A stretch of 64,000 nt of DNA, from the NCBI GenBank assembly GCA_031291995.1, contig JARLHZ010000034.1:14915-78914 (forward strand). Reading direction: 5' to 3'. Below, piece after piece: positions 28,667-38,723 of this stretch (within the stretch, counting starts at the first letter, position 1; each line of letters starts with the position of its first letter). This stretch comes from Candidatus Doudnabacteria bacterium (GTDB lineage Bacteria > Patescibacteriota > Doudnabacteria > UBA920). Position numbers and translations under genes: made by a program. The notes under the pieces were generated by a model that saw only the letters and a list, made by a program, of their open reading frames with translations, searched no databases and was not told where the DNA came from.

Positions 28667-29890
28667 ATGGCAATTAAGTATTTGAGCAAATCATCGGTTA
28701 AAAATAAAGTTGTGCTGTTGCGCGTGGATGTGAATGTGCCAATAGACGGCGGTAAAGTGTCCGATGCTTTTCGGATTGAACAGATTATCCCGACAATCAG
28801 GCATTTGCAGGCGGATGGCAATTCGGTAATTGTTTGCGGGCATTTGGGTAGACCAAAGGGAAAGGTGGATTCGACGCTGTCTTTAAAACCCGTGGCCGAA
28901 CTTATGGCTGACATGCTTGGCTATAAATCTTTAACAACGGCCCACGCTCTGCCGGATTACGGTATTAACCACCTCATTTTTTACACCGGGAGTATAACGG
29001 AAGAAAAACACCACGCTCAGCTTTCGTCGGTGCCAAGCAAGGATGTCGTGCTTTTGGAAAACCTGCGCTTTTATCCCGGCGAAGAGGAAAATGACCCGGT
29101 ATTTGCGAAAAAATTGGCAAGCTTTTCCGATGTCTATGTAAACGACGCGTTCGGCGTGGATCACCGTGAATCGGCATCCACGGTCGGCGTGACCAAATAC
29201 CTGGATAGCTATTGCGGTCTGCTCTTGGAAAAAGAAATTAAAGCCCTGGATATGGTCATGCAAAAAGTCCAACACCCGTTTGTGGTTATGACCGGCGGTA
29301 TTAAACTTTCCGAAAAAGTCGGTACGCTGCAAAATTTGGGCAAACAAGCCGATAAAATTCTGGTGGGTGGCGGCGTGGCCAACCTGATTTTTAAAACCAA
29401 GGATTATGAAATCGGTTTATCCAAAATTGAAGAAAGTGAAGCTAAAACCGCCTGGGAAATCAGCAAAAATTTTAAAGACAAATTAGTTCTGCCTTTGGAC
29501 GTTGTGGTCGCCAATAAAAATCTTGACAAGCACTCCATTCGGGCAATCGAGCCGTTTGACGTAAAAAAAGATGAGCAAATGTTGGACATAGGCCCAAAAA
29601 CCATTTTAGAATATTCCAAAATTATCAAGGAGGCTAAAACCATTGTCTGGAGCGGACCGTTTGGCCTGTTTGAAAAAAAGCCTTTTGATACCGGCACTAT
29701 GGCACTCGCCAGGCTGCTGGGCGGGCGCGGCAAAGGCATTGCCTTTGTCGTCGCCGGCGGGGGAGACACCGTGGACGCCATCAAACAAGCCGGCCAGTTT
29801 GAACATTTTGACCACGTCTCCACCGGCGGCGGCGCCATGCTCGAATATTTAGCCGGCAAAAAACTGCCCGGGATTGAAGCATTAAAATAA
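28667..29890 (+). CDS. pgk: Phosphoglycerate kinase
   Basis: RVDVNVP, HLGRP, LENLRF, NDAFG, GGGDT and STGGGA motifs. Confidence 0.97.
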   Translation: MAIKYLSKSSVKNKVVLLRVDVNVPIDGGKVSDAFRIEQIIPTIRHLQADGNSVIVCGHLGRPKGKVDSTLSLKPVAELMADMLGYKSLTTAHALPDYGINHLIFYTGSITEEKHHAQLSSVPSKDVVLLENLRFYPGEEENDPVFAKKLASFSDVYVNDAFGVDHRESASTVGVTKYLDSYCGLLLEKEIKALDMVMQKVQHPFVVMTGGIKLSEKVGTLQNLGKQADKILVGGGVANLIFKTKDYEIGLSKIEESEAKTAWEISKNFKDKLVLPLDVVVANKNLDKHSIRAIEPFDVKKDEQMLDIGPKTILEYSKIIKEAKTIVWSGPFGLFEKKPFDTGTMALARLLGGRGKGIAFVVAGGGDTVDAIKQAGQFEHFDHVSTGGGAMLEYLAGKKLPGIEALK

Positions 29891-29904
29891 AAATTAATAA
29901 AAAA

Positions 29905-30696
29905 ATGAAAAATAAACAATCCCCGAAAAAGTTATTTTGGGATTTTATAATAGTTGTTGTCATAATTATAATCGGGGCGATTTTGTCGTTGGTTTTTAGA
30001 TTTAAAGGGTTGACATCAAGTTTATTTTTTTTCTTTCTTCCAAGTTTTTACCTGTTATGCCGTCAGCCTAAAAGGCTCCACAGAATCTTCGGCGGATCTT
30101 TTTTAATCGGAACAATTTTTGGATTTATTTTTGATTTTATGGCGAACATCGGACATGCTTGGGCGGAGTATAATAGTCAGCTGGTCTTTCCATACAGGAT
30201 ATTGGGAGTGGTTCCTTTAGATGAGTTGATTTGGTATTTTGGGTGGGTTTTAGTAATTGTAACTTTTTACGAACATTTTTTAGAGCACGAAAGAAGGGAT
30301 ACAATTTCCCATAACTATAAGTATGGCTTGCTCCCAGCTTTATTTACCACGGCCTCTATCTTAGTTATATATATTGTTGCGCCAGACAAGTTGGTATTAG
30401 GGCACACCTATTTATTGTTAGGCCTATGTACCTTGGTGCCGTTTATATATTTAACAATAAAAAAGCCGGTTCTATTTATAAAATTCATGAGTATTAGCCC
30501 TTTCTTTTTCTTTCTTTTTTCAATACATGAAATTACGGCGCTCATAATCGGGCAATGGTATTTTCCGGGGAGGTATATTGGCGTTGTCAGCATAGGAAAC
30601 CTTTCATTTCCTTTTGAAGAATTCTTTTTTTGGATATTAATGAGTAGCACAATAGTGCTTTCTTATTATGAATTGTATGTAGACGATGAAAGGTGA
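29905..30696 (+). CDS. Membrane protein with duplicated lycopene-cyclase-like (CarR/CrtYc-Yd) domains
   Basis: Two repeats ending VPLDELIW and FPFEEFFFW; many TM helices. Confidence 0.55.
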   Translation: MKNKQSPKKLFWDFIIVVVIIIIGAILSLVFRFKGLTSSLFFFFLPSFYLLCRQPKRLHRIFGGSFLIGTIFGFIFDFMANIGHAWAEYNSQLVFPYRILGVVPLDELIWYFGWVLVIVTFYEHFLEHERRDTISHNYKYGLLPALFTTASILVIYIVAPDKLVLGHTYLLLGLCTLVPFIYLTIKKPVLFIKFMSISPFFFFLFSIHEITALIIGQWYFPGRYIGVVSIGNLSFPFEEFFFWILMSSTIVLSYYELYVDDER

Positions 30697-30766
30697 TAAA
30701 GCGCGGATTTTTAGGGCGGGTTTTTATTTGTGGTATAATGACATTGAAATTAATCCAACAATACTT

Positions 30767-32020
30767 ATGAAAATCACAAAAATTCAGGCTCTGGAGGTTT
30801 TGGACAGCAGGGGAAACCCGACGGTGCAAACCACGGTTTGGGCCGGAGATTTGAGCGCTAAGGCTTCTGTCCCGAGTGGCGCGTCAACAGGCGTGCATGA
30901 GGCTTTGGAATTGCGCGATAATGACAAATATCGCTTCGGGGGCAAAGGCGTTCTCAAAGCCTGCCTTAATGTTGAGAAAAAGATTTTTAAAGCCTTAAAA
31001 GGCTTGTCCGTAGCGGATCAGCAAAAAATTGACCGCACCATGTTGGAGCTGGACGGTACGGCCAATAAGGCAAAACTGGGCGCTAACGCGATTTTATCAG
31101 TTTCTCTTGCCACGGCCAGACTGGCCGCCAAAGCCAAAAAAATTGAACTTTATGAGTACCTGGCAGCTACGTACGGCTATAAGGTAAAGAGTTTGCCCAC
31201 GCCGTTTTTTAATGTTATAAACGGGGGTGTCCATGCCGACAGCGGTTTGGATATCCAGGAATTTTTTTTGATACCGCTTAAAGGCAATTTTGCAAATAAA
31301 CTTAGGATGGCGGCGGAAGTATTCCATTCGCTTAAATCGCAATTGGCCATTCAGGGGCTTGCCACTTCGGTTGGAGACGAGGGCGGCTTTGCGCCAAAAC
31401 TTTCTTCTAACGAGGACGCGCTTAAACAATTGGAGACTGCTATAAAATCGGCTAAATATAAATTGGGCTCGGATTTTGCCTTGGGATTAGACGCGGCGTC
31501 CAGTGAATTTTTTGATGAGAAAAAAGGAGTTTATGAATTGAAAGCGTCAAATATAACGGCGACCCCGGCCAATGTCTATCAGATTTATAAAAAATGGCTG
31601 GCCAAATATCCGCTGCTTGCCCTGGAAGATGGCTGCGCTCAGGATGACTTTTCGGGTTGGAAAGCTTTAACTCAAAATTTGGGTGATAAAACTTTACTTA
31701 TTGGCGACGATATTTTTGTCACAAATCCTATCCGCATCCAAATGGGTATAGAGCAAAAAATTGCCAACGCGGTGTTAATAAAAGTTAACCAGATTGGCAC
31801 GTTAACAGAAACAATCGACGCTATTAAGCTTTCGCAAAAGCATAAATATAAAATAGTATTTTCTCATCGCAGCGGCGAAACTTGCGATAGTTTTATTGCC
31901 GACTTAGCCGTAGCGACAAATGCCGATTATATTAAGAGCGGAGCGCCGAGCCGGGGCGAAAGGCTGGCCAAATATAATCGATTGATGGAAATAGAGGAAC
32001 AATTGACAAAATTTAAATAA
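30767..32020 (+). CDS. eno: Enolase
   Basis: DSRGNPTV, PSGASTG, GDEGGFAP, KVNQIG and SHRSGET motifs. Confidence 0.98.
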   Translation: MKITKIQALEVLDSRGNPTVQTTVWAGDLSAKASVPSGASTGVHEALELRDNDKYRFGGKGVLKACLNVEKKIFKALKGLSVADQQKIDRTMLELDGTANKAKLGANAILSVSLATARLAAKAKKIELYEYLAATYGYKVKSLPTPFFNVINGGVHADSGLDIQEFFLIPLKGNFANKLRMAAEVFHSLKSQLAIQGLATSVGDEGGFAPKLSSNEDALKQLETAIKSAKYKLGSDFALGLDAASSEFFDEKKGVYELKASNITATPANVYQIYKKWLAKYPLLALEDGCAQDDFSGWKALTQNLGDKTLLIGDDIFVTNPIRIQMGIEQKIANAVLIKVNQIGTLTETIDAIKLSQKHKYKIVFSHRSGETCDSFIADLAVATNADYIKSGAPSRGERLAKYNRLMEIEEQLTKFK

Positions 32021-32098
32021 TTGACAAAATTGACATAATTTTGAGCCCGTACATTTTGCTCAATTATGTCAATTATGTCAATTATGCTCAATATTTTA

Positions 32099-33718
32099 AT
32101 GAAGCATAAAATTTACAAGAAAGTAGCGCTGGTAATTTTAGACGGTTTTGGCGTGGCGCCGGCCGGGCGGGGCAATGCCATTTCGCGGGCCAAGACTCCG
32201 ACTTTGGATTATTTGGTGGACAATTATCCCAGCCTGACGCTGCAAGCCTCGGGTCCGCTGGTTGGCCTGCCGTGGGGGGAAATGGGAAACAGTGAAGTTG
32301 GCCATTTAAACATTGGAGCCGGACGGATTGTCGGACAGGATTTGCCGCGCATTAGCAACTCCATCCAAAATGGCGGCTTTTTTTCGAACGCGGTATTGGT
32401 TGAGGCGGTCGAGCATGCCAAAAAATTTAATTCATCCCTTCACCTGGTGGGCATGGTCAGCCCGGGCGGGGTCCACAGCCTGGACGAACATTTGTACGCT
32501 TTGCTGTCTTTGGCGGCGGAACTGGGTCAGAAAAAAGTTTATATCCATATGTTTACCGACGGTCGCGATACCGATCCAAAAATCGCTCCGGAGTCGATAA
32601 AAAAATTGGACATAAAGATGGCCGAGGTCGGAGTGGGAAAAATTGCCACGGTGTCCGGACGTTTTTACGCCATGGATCGCGGCGGACATTGGGCGCAAAC
32701 CATGATGGCTTATGGCGCCATGGTGGACGGCTTGGGGGAAACCTCGCGTACGCCGGAAGAATGCGTGGCCAAAAATTACCAGGCGCAAATTTTTGACGAA
32801 ATGATTAAGCCGACCGTAATTGTGGACGACGATAATAAAGCTGTGGGTAAGATTTCCGACAACGATGCGCTTATATTTTTTAATTTTCGTTCCGATCGCG
32901 CTTTGCAGCTGACCGAAGCGTTTGTAAGTCCGCAGGGCATGCCTCCCGAATTCGAGCACCGTTTGCTTCAAAATTTATATTTCGCGACCATTACCGAATA
33001 CGCCCCGGGCTTGCCGGTGCATGTGGCATTCGGGCCGATGAGCCTGAAAAATAATCTGGCGGAGGTCGTGTCGAGCAGCCGGCTGACCCAGTTCCATATA
33101 GCCGAAAGCGAAAAATACGCCCACGTGACCGCGTTTTTTAACTGTGGACGCACCGAAAAGTTTCCGGGAGAGGAACGGATTATAGTTACCAGTCCGACAA
33201 ATAACGCGCGCAATTATTCCGACCATCCCGAAATGTCCGCGGAAAAGCTGGCCGATGAACTGACTCTGAAGATTTCCAGCACGGACATTAATTTTTTCCT
33301 TGCTAATTTTGCCAACACCGACATGGTCGGCCATACGGGAAACCTGCTGGCCGGCATCCAGGCGGTCGAATTTGTGGATAAATGCCTGAAGAAAATTCTA
33401 GATGCCTGCATGATGGCTGACGCGGCACTGCTGGTGACTGCCGACCACGGGAACATAGAGCAAATGATAAACCCGAGAACAGGCGACATAGACAAGGACC
33501 ATACGACCAATCCCGTACCGTTGTTGCTGGCGGCCAATGAATTTAAATTCAGCCATCCGTACAGCCGCGGCCTGATGTCGCTGGCTGAGCGTGTGCCGGC
33601 CGGAGCGGTTTCCGACGTGGCGCCCACGGTTTTGGCGCTGTTCGGCTTAAAAAAGCCCCAGGAAATGACCGGGATTGATTTAACCGATGAAATTGACGAG
33701 GTTCCGGCCGCCCACTAA
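32099..33718 (+). CDS. gpmI: 2,3-bisphosphoglycerate-independent phosphoglycerate mutase
   Basis: ILDGFG, GNSEVGH, DGRD, DMVGHTG and TADHGN motifs. Confidence 0.97.
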   Translation: MKHKIYKKVALVILDGFGVAPAGRGNAISRAKTPTLDYLVDNYPSLTLQASGPLVGLPWGEMGNSEVGHLNIGAGRIVGQDLPRISNSIQNGGFFSNAVLVEAVEHAKKFNSSLHLVGMVSPGGVHSLDEHLYALLSLAAELGQKKVYIHMFTDGRDTDPKIAPESIKKLDIKMAEVGVGKIATVSGRFYAMDRGGHWAQTMMAYGAMVDGLGETSRTPEECVAKNYQAQIFDEMIKPTVIVDDDNKAVGKISDNDALIFFNFRSDRALQLTEAFVSPQGMPPEFEHRLLQNLYFATITEYAPGLPVHVAFGPMSLKNNLAEVVSSSRLTQFHIAESEKYAHVTAFFNCGRTEKFPGEERIIVTSPTNNARNYSDHPEMSAEKLADELTLKISSTDINFFLANFANTDMVGHTGNLLAGIQAVEFVDKCLKKILDACMMADAALLVTADHGNIEQMINPRTGDIDKDHTTNPVPLLLAANEFKFSHPYSRGLMSLAERVPAGAVSDVAPTVLALFGLKKPQEMTGIDLTDEIDEVPAAH

Positions 33719-33814
33719 TCGGCGATGCCGGAAAAAGAGTAGCCGGCATATCGTATTAATGTACTAGTACGCTAAAATACGAAATTCCGCGTTGCCAAAA
33801 TAACCGAAAATTTT

Positions 33815-35566
33815 ATGGCGGCCGACTGGAAAACTAAGCCGGAAATGCCCGAGGGTATTTTTGGAGTCGTAAATGACTTGCCGCGGCTGCTTCTGCAGCT
33901 GCTTTTTAACCGCGGCCTGTCCGGAGAGGAAGAAGCGCGTAAATTTATTGATTGCAAATACGAGGGCTTGCACGATCCGTTTTTGTTTCGGGACATGCGC
34001 CGGGCGGCGGATAGAATTTGGGAGGCGGTGGAGGCCGGCGAAAAAATTTGCATTTATGGGGATTACGACGCGGACGCGGTAACGGCCAACGCCGTTTTGC
34101 GCCAGACATTCGGTTTTTTGGGCGTTACGGCCACATCGTACATTCCGGACAGGTTTACGGAAGGATACGGGGTAAATTTGGAGGCGCTGATGAAGATAAA
34201 AGACGAAGGCACAAAGGTAATTATTACCGTCGATTGCGGCACGAATTCCGCGGACGCCGCCGAGTTTTGCGCGGCAAATAACATCGACTTTATTATAACC
34301 GACCATCACGAACTAATCGGTGACGCGCCAAAAGCTTACGCTTTAATAAACCCAAAAAATCCTGAGGACACTTATCCGTACTCTGAAATTACCGGCGTGG
34401 GCGTTGCGTTTAAATTGGCCTGCGGAATATTATCGTATTACGACAGGGTCACGGCCAGGCTATGGTCCGGAACCTTGTCTACTCCCACAATGCCGGCAAA
34501 AAAGTACGCCGGCGGTTTTGAAAAATGGCTTTTGGATCTTGTGGCTATCGGTACCGTGGCCGACTGCCACAGCCTTATGGGCGAAAATCGGATTTTGGTC
34601 AAATACGGCTTAAAAGTTTTGGAGAAAACCAGATGGCCGGGCTTAAAGGCAATTATTTTATCGGCCGGGTTGGATTTTAAGCGGCGGCCCGCGGATACTT
34701 ATTCGCTGGGCTTTGTTATCGCCCCGCGCTTGAACGCCGCCGGCCGGCTGGAACACGCCAATGTGGCATTGGACGTTTTACTTGAAACTGACGCAAATCT
34801 CGCGGCCGAAAAAGCGCAAAAATTGGATCTCATAAACCGCCGCCGGCAGGATCTGACGGAGCGGGTGCTAAGCGAAGCCCGCGAACGGGCGATTTTGCTT
34901 AAAGACCGGAAAATTTTGGCGCTTATGGGCGAAGGTTGGGCTAAAGGCGTGGTCGGGCTGGTTGCCGGGCGGCTGGCCGAAGAGTTTAATAAGCCCGCAA
35001 TAATTTTGGAAAAATTAGAAACCCTGTCGACCGGTTCGGCGAGGACGGCGGGGGAATTTAATATTTTAGAGGCGATAAAATTTGCTTCCGCCCATCTGGA
35101 AAAATTCGGCGGACATAAACAGGCGGCCGGCTTGAGCTTAAAGCCTGAAAAATTCGAAGTTTTTTACCAGCAGGTCCTGATTTACGCGGATGCCAATATG
35201 CCCCGGGAGCAGGCACCGCGGGTTTTGGAAATGGAAGCCGAACTTTTACCCGAAGACCTACAGCTTACAACTTACAGCTTGGTTGCTATGATGGAGCCCT
35301 TTGGCGTGGATAACCCCAAGCCGAAATTTTTAATAAAAGGCGCGCAGATTATTTCAGCCCGGGTGGTCGGGCAAATCGGCAAGCATTTGCAGTTTCGGCT
35401 CAAGGCCGGTAATAAAGAAATCGCCGCTATTTATTTTAACGCCCCGGAATTTGCCAAACACTTAAAAATTGGCGATACTGTAAATGTCGCGGCCGAACTT
35501 ATTGAAGACGGCTGGAACGGGAGGCGGGAAGTAAAATTGCGGATTGTCGACTTGAAGAACAAGTAA
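33815..35566 (+). CDS. recJ: ssDNA-specific exonuclease RecJ
   Basis: YGDYDAD, TVDCG, TDHH, GTVAD, PRLNAAGR and GGH motifs. Confidence 0.96.
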   Translation: MAADWKTKPEMPEGIFGVVNDLPRLLLQLLFNRGLSGEEEARKFIDCKYEGLHDPFLFRDMRRAADRIWEAVEAGEKICIYGDYDADAVTANAVLRQTFGFLGVTATSYIPDRFTEGYGVNLEALMKIKDEGTKVIITVDCGTNSADAAEFCAANNIDFIITDHHELIGDAPKAYALINPKNPEDTYPYSEITGVGVAFKLACGILSYYDRVTARLWSGTLSTPTMPAKKYAGGFEKWLLDLVAIGTVADCHSLMGENRILVKYGLKVLEKTRWPGLKAIILSAGLDFKRRPADTYSLGFVIAPRLNAAGRLEHANVALDVLLETDANLAAEKAQKLDLINRRRQDLTERVLSEARERAILLKDRKILALMGEGWAKGVVGLVAGRLAEEFNKPAIILEKLETLSTGSARTAGEFNILEAIKFASAHLEKFGGHKQAAGLSLKPEKFEVFYQQVLIYADANMPREQAPRVLEMEAELLPEDLQLTTYSLVAMMEPFGVDNPKPKFLIKGAQIISARVVGQIGKHLQFRLKAGNKEIAAIYFNAPEFAKHLKIGDTVNVAAELIEDGWNGRREVKLRIVDLKNK

Positions 35567-35662
35567 ACAAGGATACAAGTAAACAAGTAAACAAGTAAAC
35601 AAGTAAACAAGTAAACAAGTAAACAAGTAAACAAGGATACAAGGATACAAGGATACAAGGAT
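35559..35662 (+). repeat. Octamer tandem repeat, 13 units (8x ACAAGTAA, 5x ACAAGGAT)
   Basis: Read directly; begins inside the last recJ codons. Confidence 0.95.
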
Positions 35663-35695
35663 TGGCCCAGATTGCTAGATCGTTAAATTGACACA

Positions 35696-36103
35696 ATGAA
35701 TTTAATTATAAACACAGACGGGGGAGCCAGGGGTAATCCGGGTCCGGCCGGGATTGGCGTGGTCATTCGCAACGCCGAAAATCAAATTATCGCGGAACAT
35801 AAACAGTATATTGGCGAAGCGACCAATAATGTGGCCGAGTATAAGGCTCTGATATTGGCGTTGTCGGAAGCCTTAGCCCATAGCCCTACTCCCTTAGCCC
35901 TGGAAATCCGCATGGACAGCGAACTGATTGTCCGCCAGATGCAGGGCCGCTATAAAATTAAGGAACCCACGCTAAAACTGCTGGCCGCGGAAGTGTTAAA
36001 ACTGATTAAAAATTTTAAGCACGTGGCCTTTAGTCACGTGCCTAGAGAACAAAACAAAGAGGCCGACAAACTGGTCAACGAAGCCATAGACGCGGCAATA
36101 TAA
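35696..36103 (+). CDS. rnhA: Ribonuclease HI family protein
   Basis: DGGARGNPGPAG, TNNVAEY, DSELIVRQ and HVPREQNKEAD motifs. Confidence 0.93.
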   Translation: MNLIINTDGGARGNPGPAGIGVVIRNAENQIIAEHKQYIGEATNNVAEYKALILALSEALAHSPTPLALEIRMDSELIVRQMQGRYKIKEPTLKLLAAEVLKLIKNFKHVAFSHVPREQNKEADKLVNEAIDAAI

Positions 36104-36113
36104 CCGTGCCGGT

Positions 36114-37202
36114 CTAACTGCTTTTGGCCGGCTCCGATAAGTTTTCCTGCCGGGTTATATTCCACTTATTTGTTTGCCGATTATAACGGAATTGCCTGAG
36201 GGTCGGCAAAACGTCTTTTAAGGCATCTAACATTGGGGCGTAGGCTTTTATTTTAAGCGCGCGTTCCTTTGGTGATTGGGAATAATATTTTATACCTTCC
36301 AGGTGCGCGTCGCCGTATATGCAGGTAATATTTCGGGGGCTGTCCTTTTGCTTGCTCAACCGATCCAGGCCTTCCGCGGACATAACATCCCGAAAATCAA
36401 CGTATTCATATAATAAAGCGCTAAACGGATCTTTGGCGCGGCGGCCGTGCCAAAATGAGTCGGCGCTTTCGTAGAGTGATGCTGCCGCTCCCGCCGCGAC
36501 GGTACCGCCTAATATTTTTAAAAAGCCCCTCCGGCTTTGCCGCCCGTCACTTTTTTCCGAGACGTCGCCGCGTTCATCGGCGTTTAAAGGCCTGACATGT
36601 TTGCTTGTCTGGCGACAAATCTCATCCAACGCGATTATCCCCATGCCTCCGAGCATGGTCAAAACCTTAAAGTTCCGGAAGACTTGGTTTTCGTCGTGCA
36701 TTATGGCGATGGCGCGCGCATTTTCATTAGCATTGCCGCTGGTTTGAGGATCGGCGATGGCTATTGGCTTGCCGTTTTTTTGGCAAAATTGTTCAGCGCG
36801 GGCAAAAAAAGGCCGAAACTTTCCCCGCGACAAAACTTTTTGAACTAATTCCCAGTTTACAATATTGGTTTTGCCCAGTTTGGCGGCTATTTCTTTTAAC
36901 GTTTTAACGGTAATTTTAATATCTTCCTCAAGTTCTCCGGTCGCGGTCGGCGCGCCTTCCAAAACCACAATGCCAGATTTGATAATCGCTTCTTCAATTT
37001 CCTTGCCGTACAACTCCAATGTTTCCGGAACATGCGCGACCCCGTAAAAATCTATTTTTTTCCCGTTTAAGTTCCAAGTTTCATGTTTCCAATTATTCCT
37101 GATTTCAGTATCCGGAATTCTTTCACGCGGTTCGTAAAATTTTTCATATTCAGGAGGCAGATCGAAAGACTTTAGGGGGATTGGCGGGCCTTCTTGAAAC
37201 AT
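36114..37202 (-). CDS. Hypothetical protein, possibly TraB/GumN (TIKI) fold
   Basis: GVAH, VVLE, RDVMSA and IYGDAH spaced like TraB motifs. Confidence 0.5.
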   Translation of the reverse strand: MFQEGPPIPLKSFDLPPEYEKFYEPRERIPDTEIRNNWKHETWNLNGKKIDFYGVAHVPETLELYGKEIEEAIIKSGIVVLEGAPTATGELEEDIKITVKTLKEIAAKLGKTNIVNWELVQKVLSRGKFRPFFARAEQFCQKNGKPIAIADPQTSGNANENARAIAIMHDENQVFRNFKVLTMLGGMGIIALDEICRQTSKHVRPLNADERGDVSEKSDGRQSRRGFLKILGGTVAAGAAASLYESADSFWHGRRAKDPFSALLYEYVDFRDVMSAEGLDRLSKQKDSPRNITCIYGDAHLEGIKYYSQSPKERALKIKAYAPMLDALKDVLPTLRQFRYNRQTNKWNITRQENLSEPAKSS

Positions 37203-37313
37203 ATAATTATCGGGACGGTTTAAAATTTAAACTTATGGGATGTTGAGTGACGCTCAAATTTCCAAATAGTAAAAGGCAACAATCAATTTAAGGGGTTGGC
37301 GCCGGCGAATAAT

Positions 37314-38621
37314 CTATCTAATGGTTAAGGTATTTAATTCGGTGCCGTCTAAAACGACCAAATTTTTCCCGGCGTTGTCTACGGCCGTTTTTTTAATGTC
37401 CGAGCCGTTGTATATAACGTATTGGTTTTGGCGGTCCCGGGTATCAAGCTCAATCGCGTCGATTTCGCTGCCGGTTCGGAACAGAGCGTAGCCGATATTT
37501 TGGCGGATTTGCAGGTCGGCCAGAGCCCCGCTGCTTCGGGTCACAAAATTTAAATTGCCGGTGAGCGGGTCAAAATAATCCAGCTCCCCGGAATCCACAA
37601 TGGCCAAAATGGATGTTTGGGCTTCAAATTTGGCCACACTGACATTGCCGGCCATTTGCCCCATGGAATTATTGGCCAGATACAGGGTGTTGTCGGCCAG
37701 CAGGAAAATTTGCTTTTGGAAGGTAATGTAGAGGTGAGCCTGGTTAAACGCGGGCAGGTTGGCAAAGAGAGTCTGAGTTTGGTTAAATGGCGGCTGGCTG
37801 ACCAAAAGTTCCGGTGTGCCGCTGGCGTTATTTTGGATAAAATAAACGCTGCCGTCCTGCAGGCCGAATGTTTTAACGCCGGAAAACAGGAGTGTTTTTG
37901 TCTGGGCGTCCGGGTCTATGGCGTAAAGCTGTCCGTCGCTTAATGCATAGAGCTGGCCCCCCTCGCTAAAGGCAAATTCCGACGGTGTGGAAAATAAGCC
38001 GCTCAGCTTGGTAAACTTCCCGTCGTTGAGGCTAAAAAATAAATACGCGGCCGCGGCCGGGGAATTTGCGGTTTCCGATAAGACAAAGTTTTTTCCGGAT
38101 GCGTCGGCAGCCGCTATGGTATTGGCGGGTTGGGGCAGCGTAAAAAGAGTTTGGTTGCCTAAATTTGTTCCGGAGGCCGCAATTAGATTGTTTTTTTCCA
38201 GAAGGACCGCTTCACCGTTATGGAAGTAAAAATCCTGTACCCCAGTTGCCACGGTTACGACCGGTGGTTGTTTAAAAAGAAGATAAATGTCGCCAAATGA
38301 AGGATTGGCCCAGGTTACCTGTCCTTCTTCAACCTCGAGTCTTTTGCTCCAATCCTGGTAGCCCGGTTTTTTTAAAGTAAGTTGATGTTCCCCGGGGACA
38401 ATAAAGTCCAAATCGCCGGAGCTGTCGCGCCTGAGGCGTCCGTCCAAATAAATTGCCGCTGAGTTTGGTACGGAACGTACTGACAATATCCCATTTGTCA
38501 CGAAGGAACCGGTATTAAAATTAAAGCTAATGCCCCGGACGTACAAGACCATCAACGGCGCCAAAATTAAAAAAATTAATACGCAAGCGGCCAACAGAAA
38601 ATACCGGGTTTTTTTGGTCAT
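37314..38621 (-). CDS. Membrane-anchored PEGA-domain protein
   Basis: N-terminal TM; SVRSVP..AAIYLDG...PGEHQLTLKKPGYQDW. Confidence 0.8.
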   Translation of the reverse strand: MTKKTRYFLLAACVLIFLILAPLMVLYVRGISFNFNTGSFVTNGILSVRSVPNSAAIYLDGRLRRDSSGDLDFIVPGEHQLTLKKPGYQDWSKRLEVEEGQVTWANPSFGDIYLLFKQPPVVTVATGVQDFYFHNGEAVLLEKNNLIAASGTNLGNQTLFTLPQPANTIAAADASGKNFVLSETANSPAAAAYLFFSLNDGKFTKLSGLFSTPSEFAFSEGGQLYALSDGQLYAIDPDAQTKTLLFSGVKTFGLQDGSVYFIQNNASGTPELLVSQPPFNQTQTLFANLPAFNQAHLYITFQKQIFLLADNTLYLANNSMGQMAGNVSVAKFEAQTSILAIVDSGELDYFDPLTGNLNFVTRSSGALADLQIRQNIGYALFRTGSEIDAIELDTRDRQNQYVIYNGSDIKKTAVDNAGKNLVVLDGTELNTLTIR

Positions 38622-38723
38622 ATACGGTGAATTATAGCCGATTTTAGGTCATTGATACAAGTGTGGCCTTTTGTTATACTAGTGCTTGAATGAGAAGTTT
38701 TGAAACTCCTAACTCCTTTTTAA

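Noticed and set aside
35431-35696. Minus-strand ORFs with LLVYLFTC repeats
   Set aside because: They are translations of the octamer tandem repeat.
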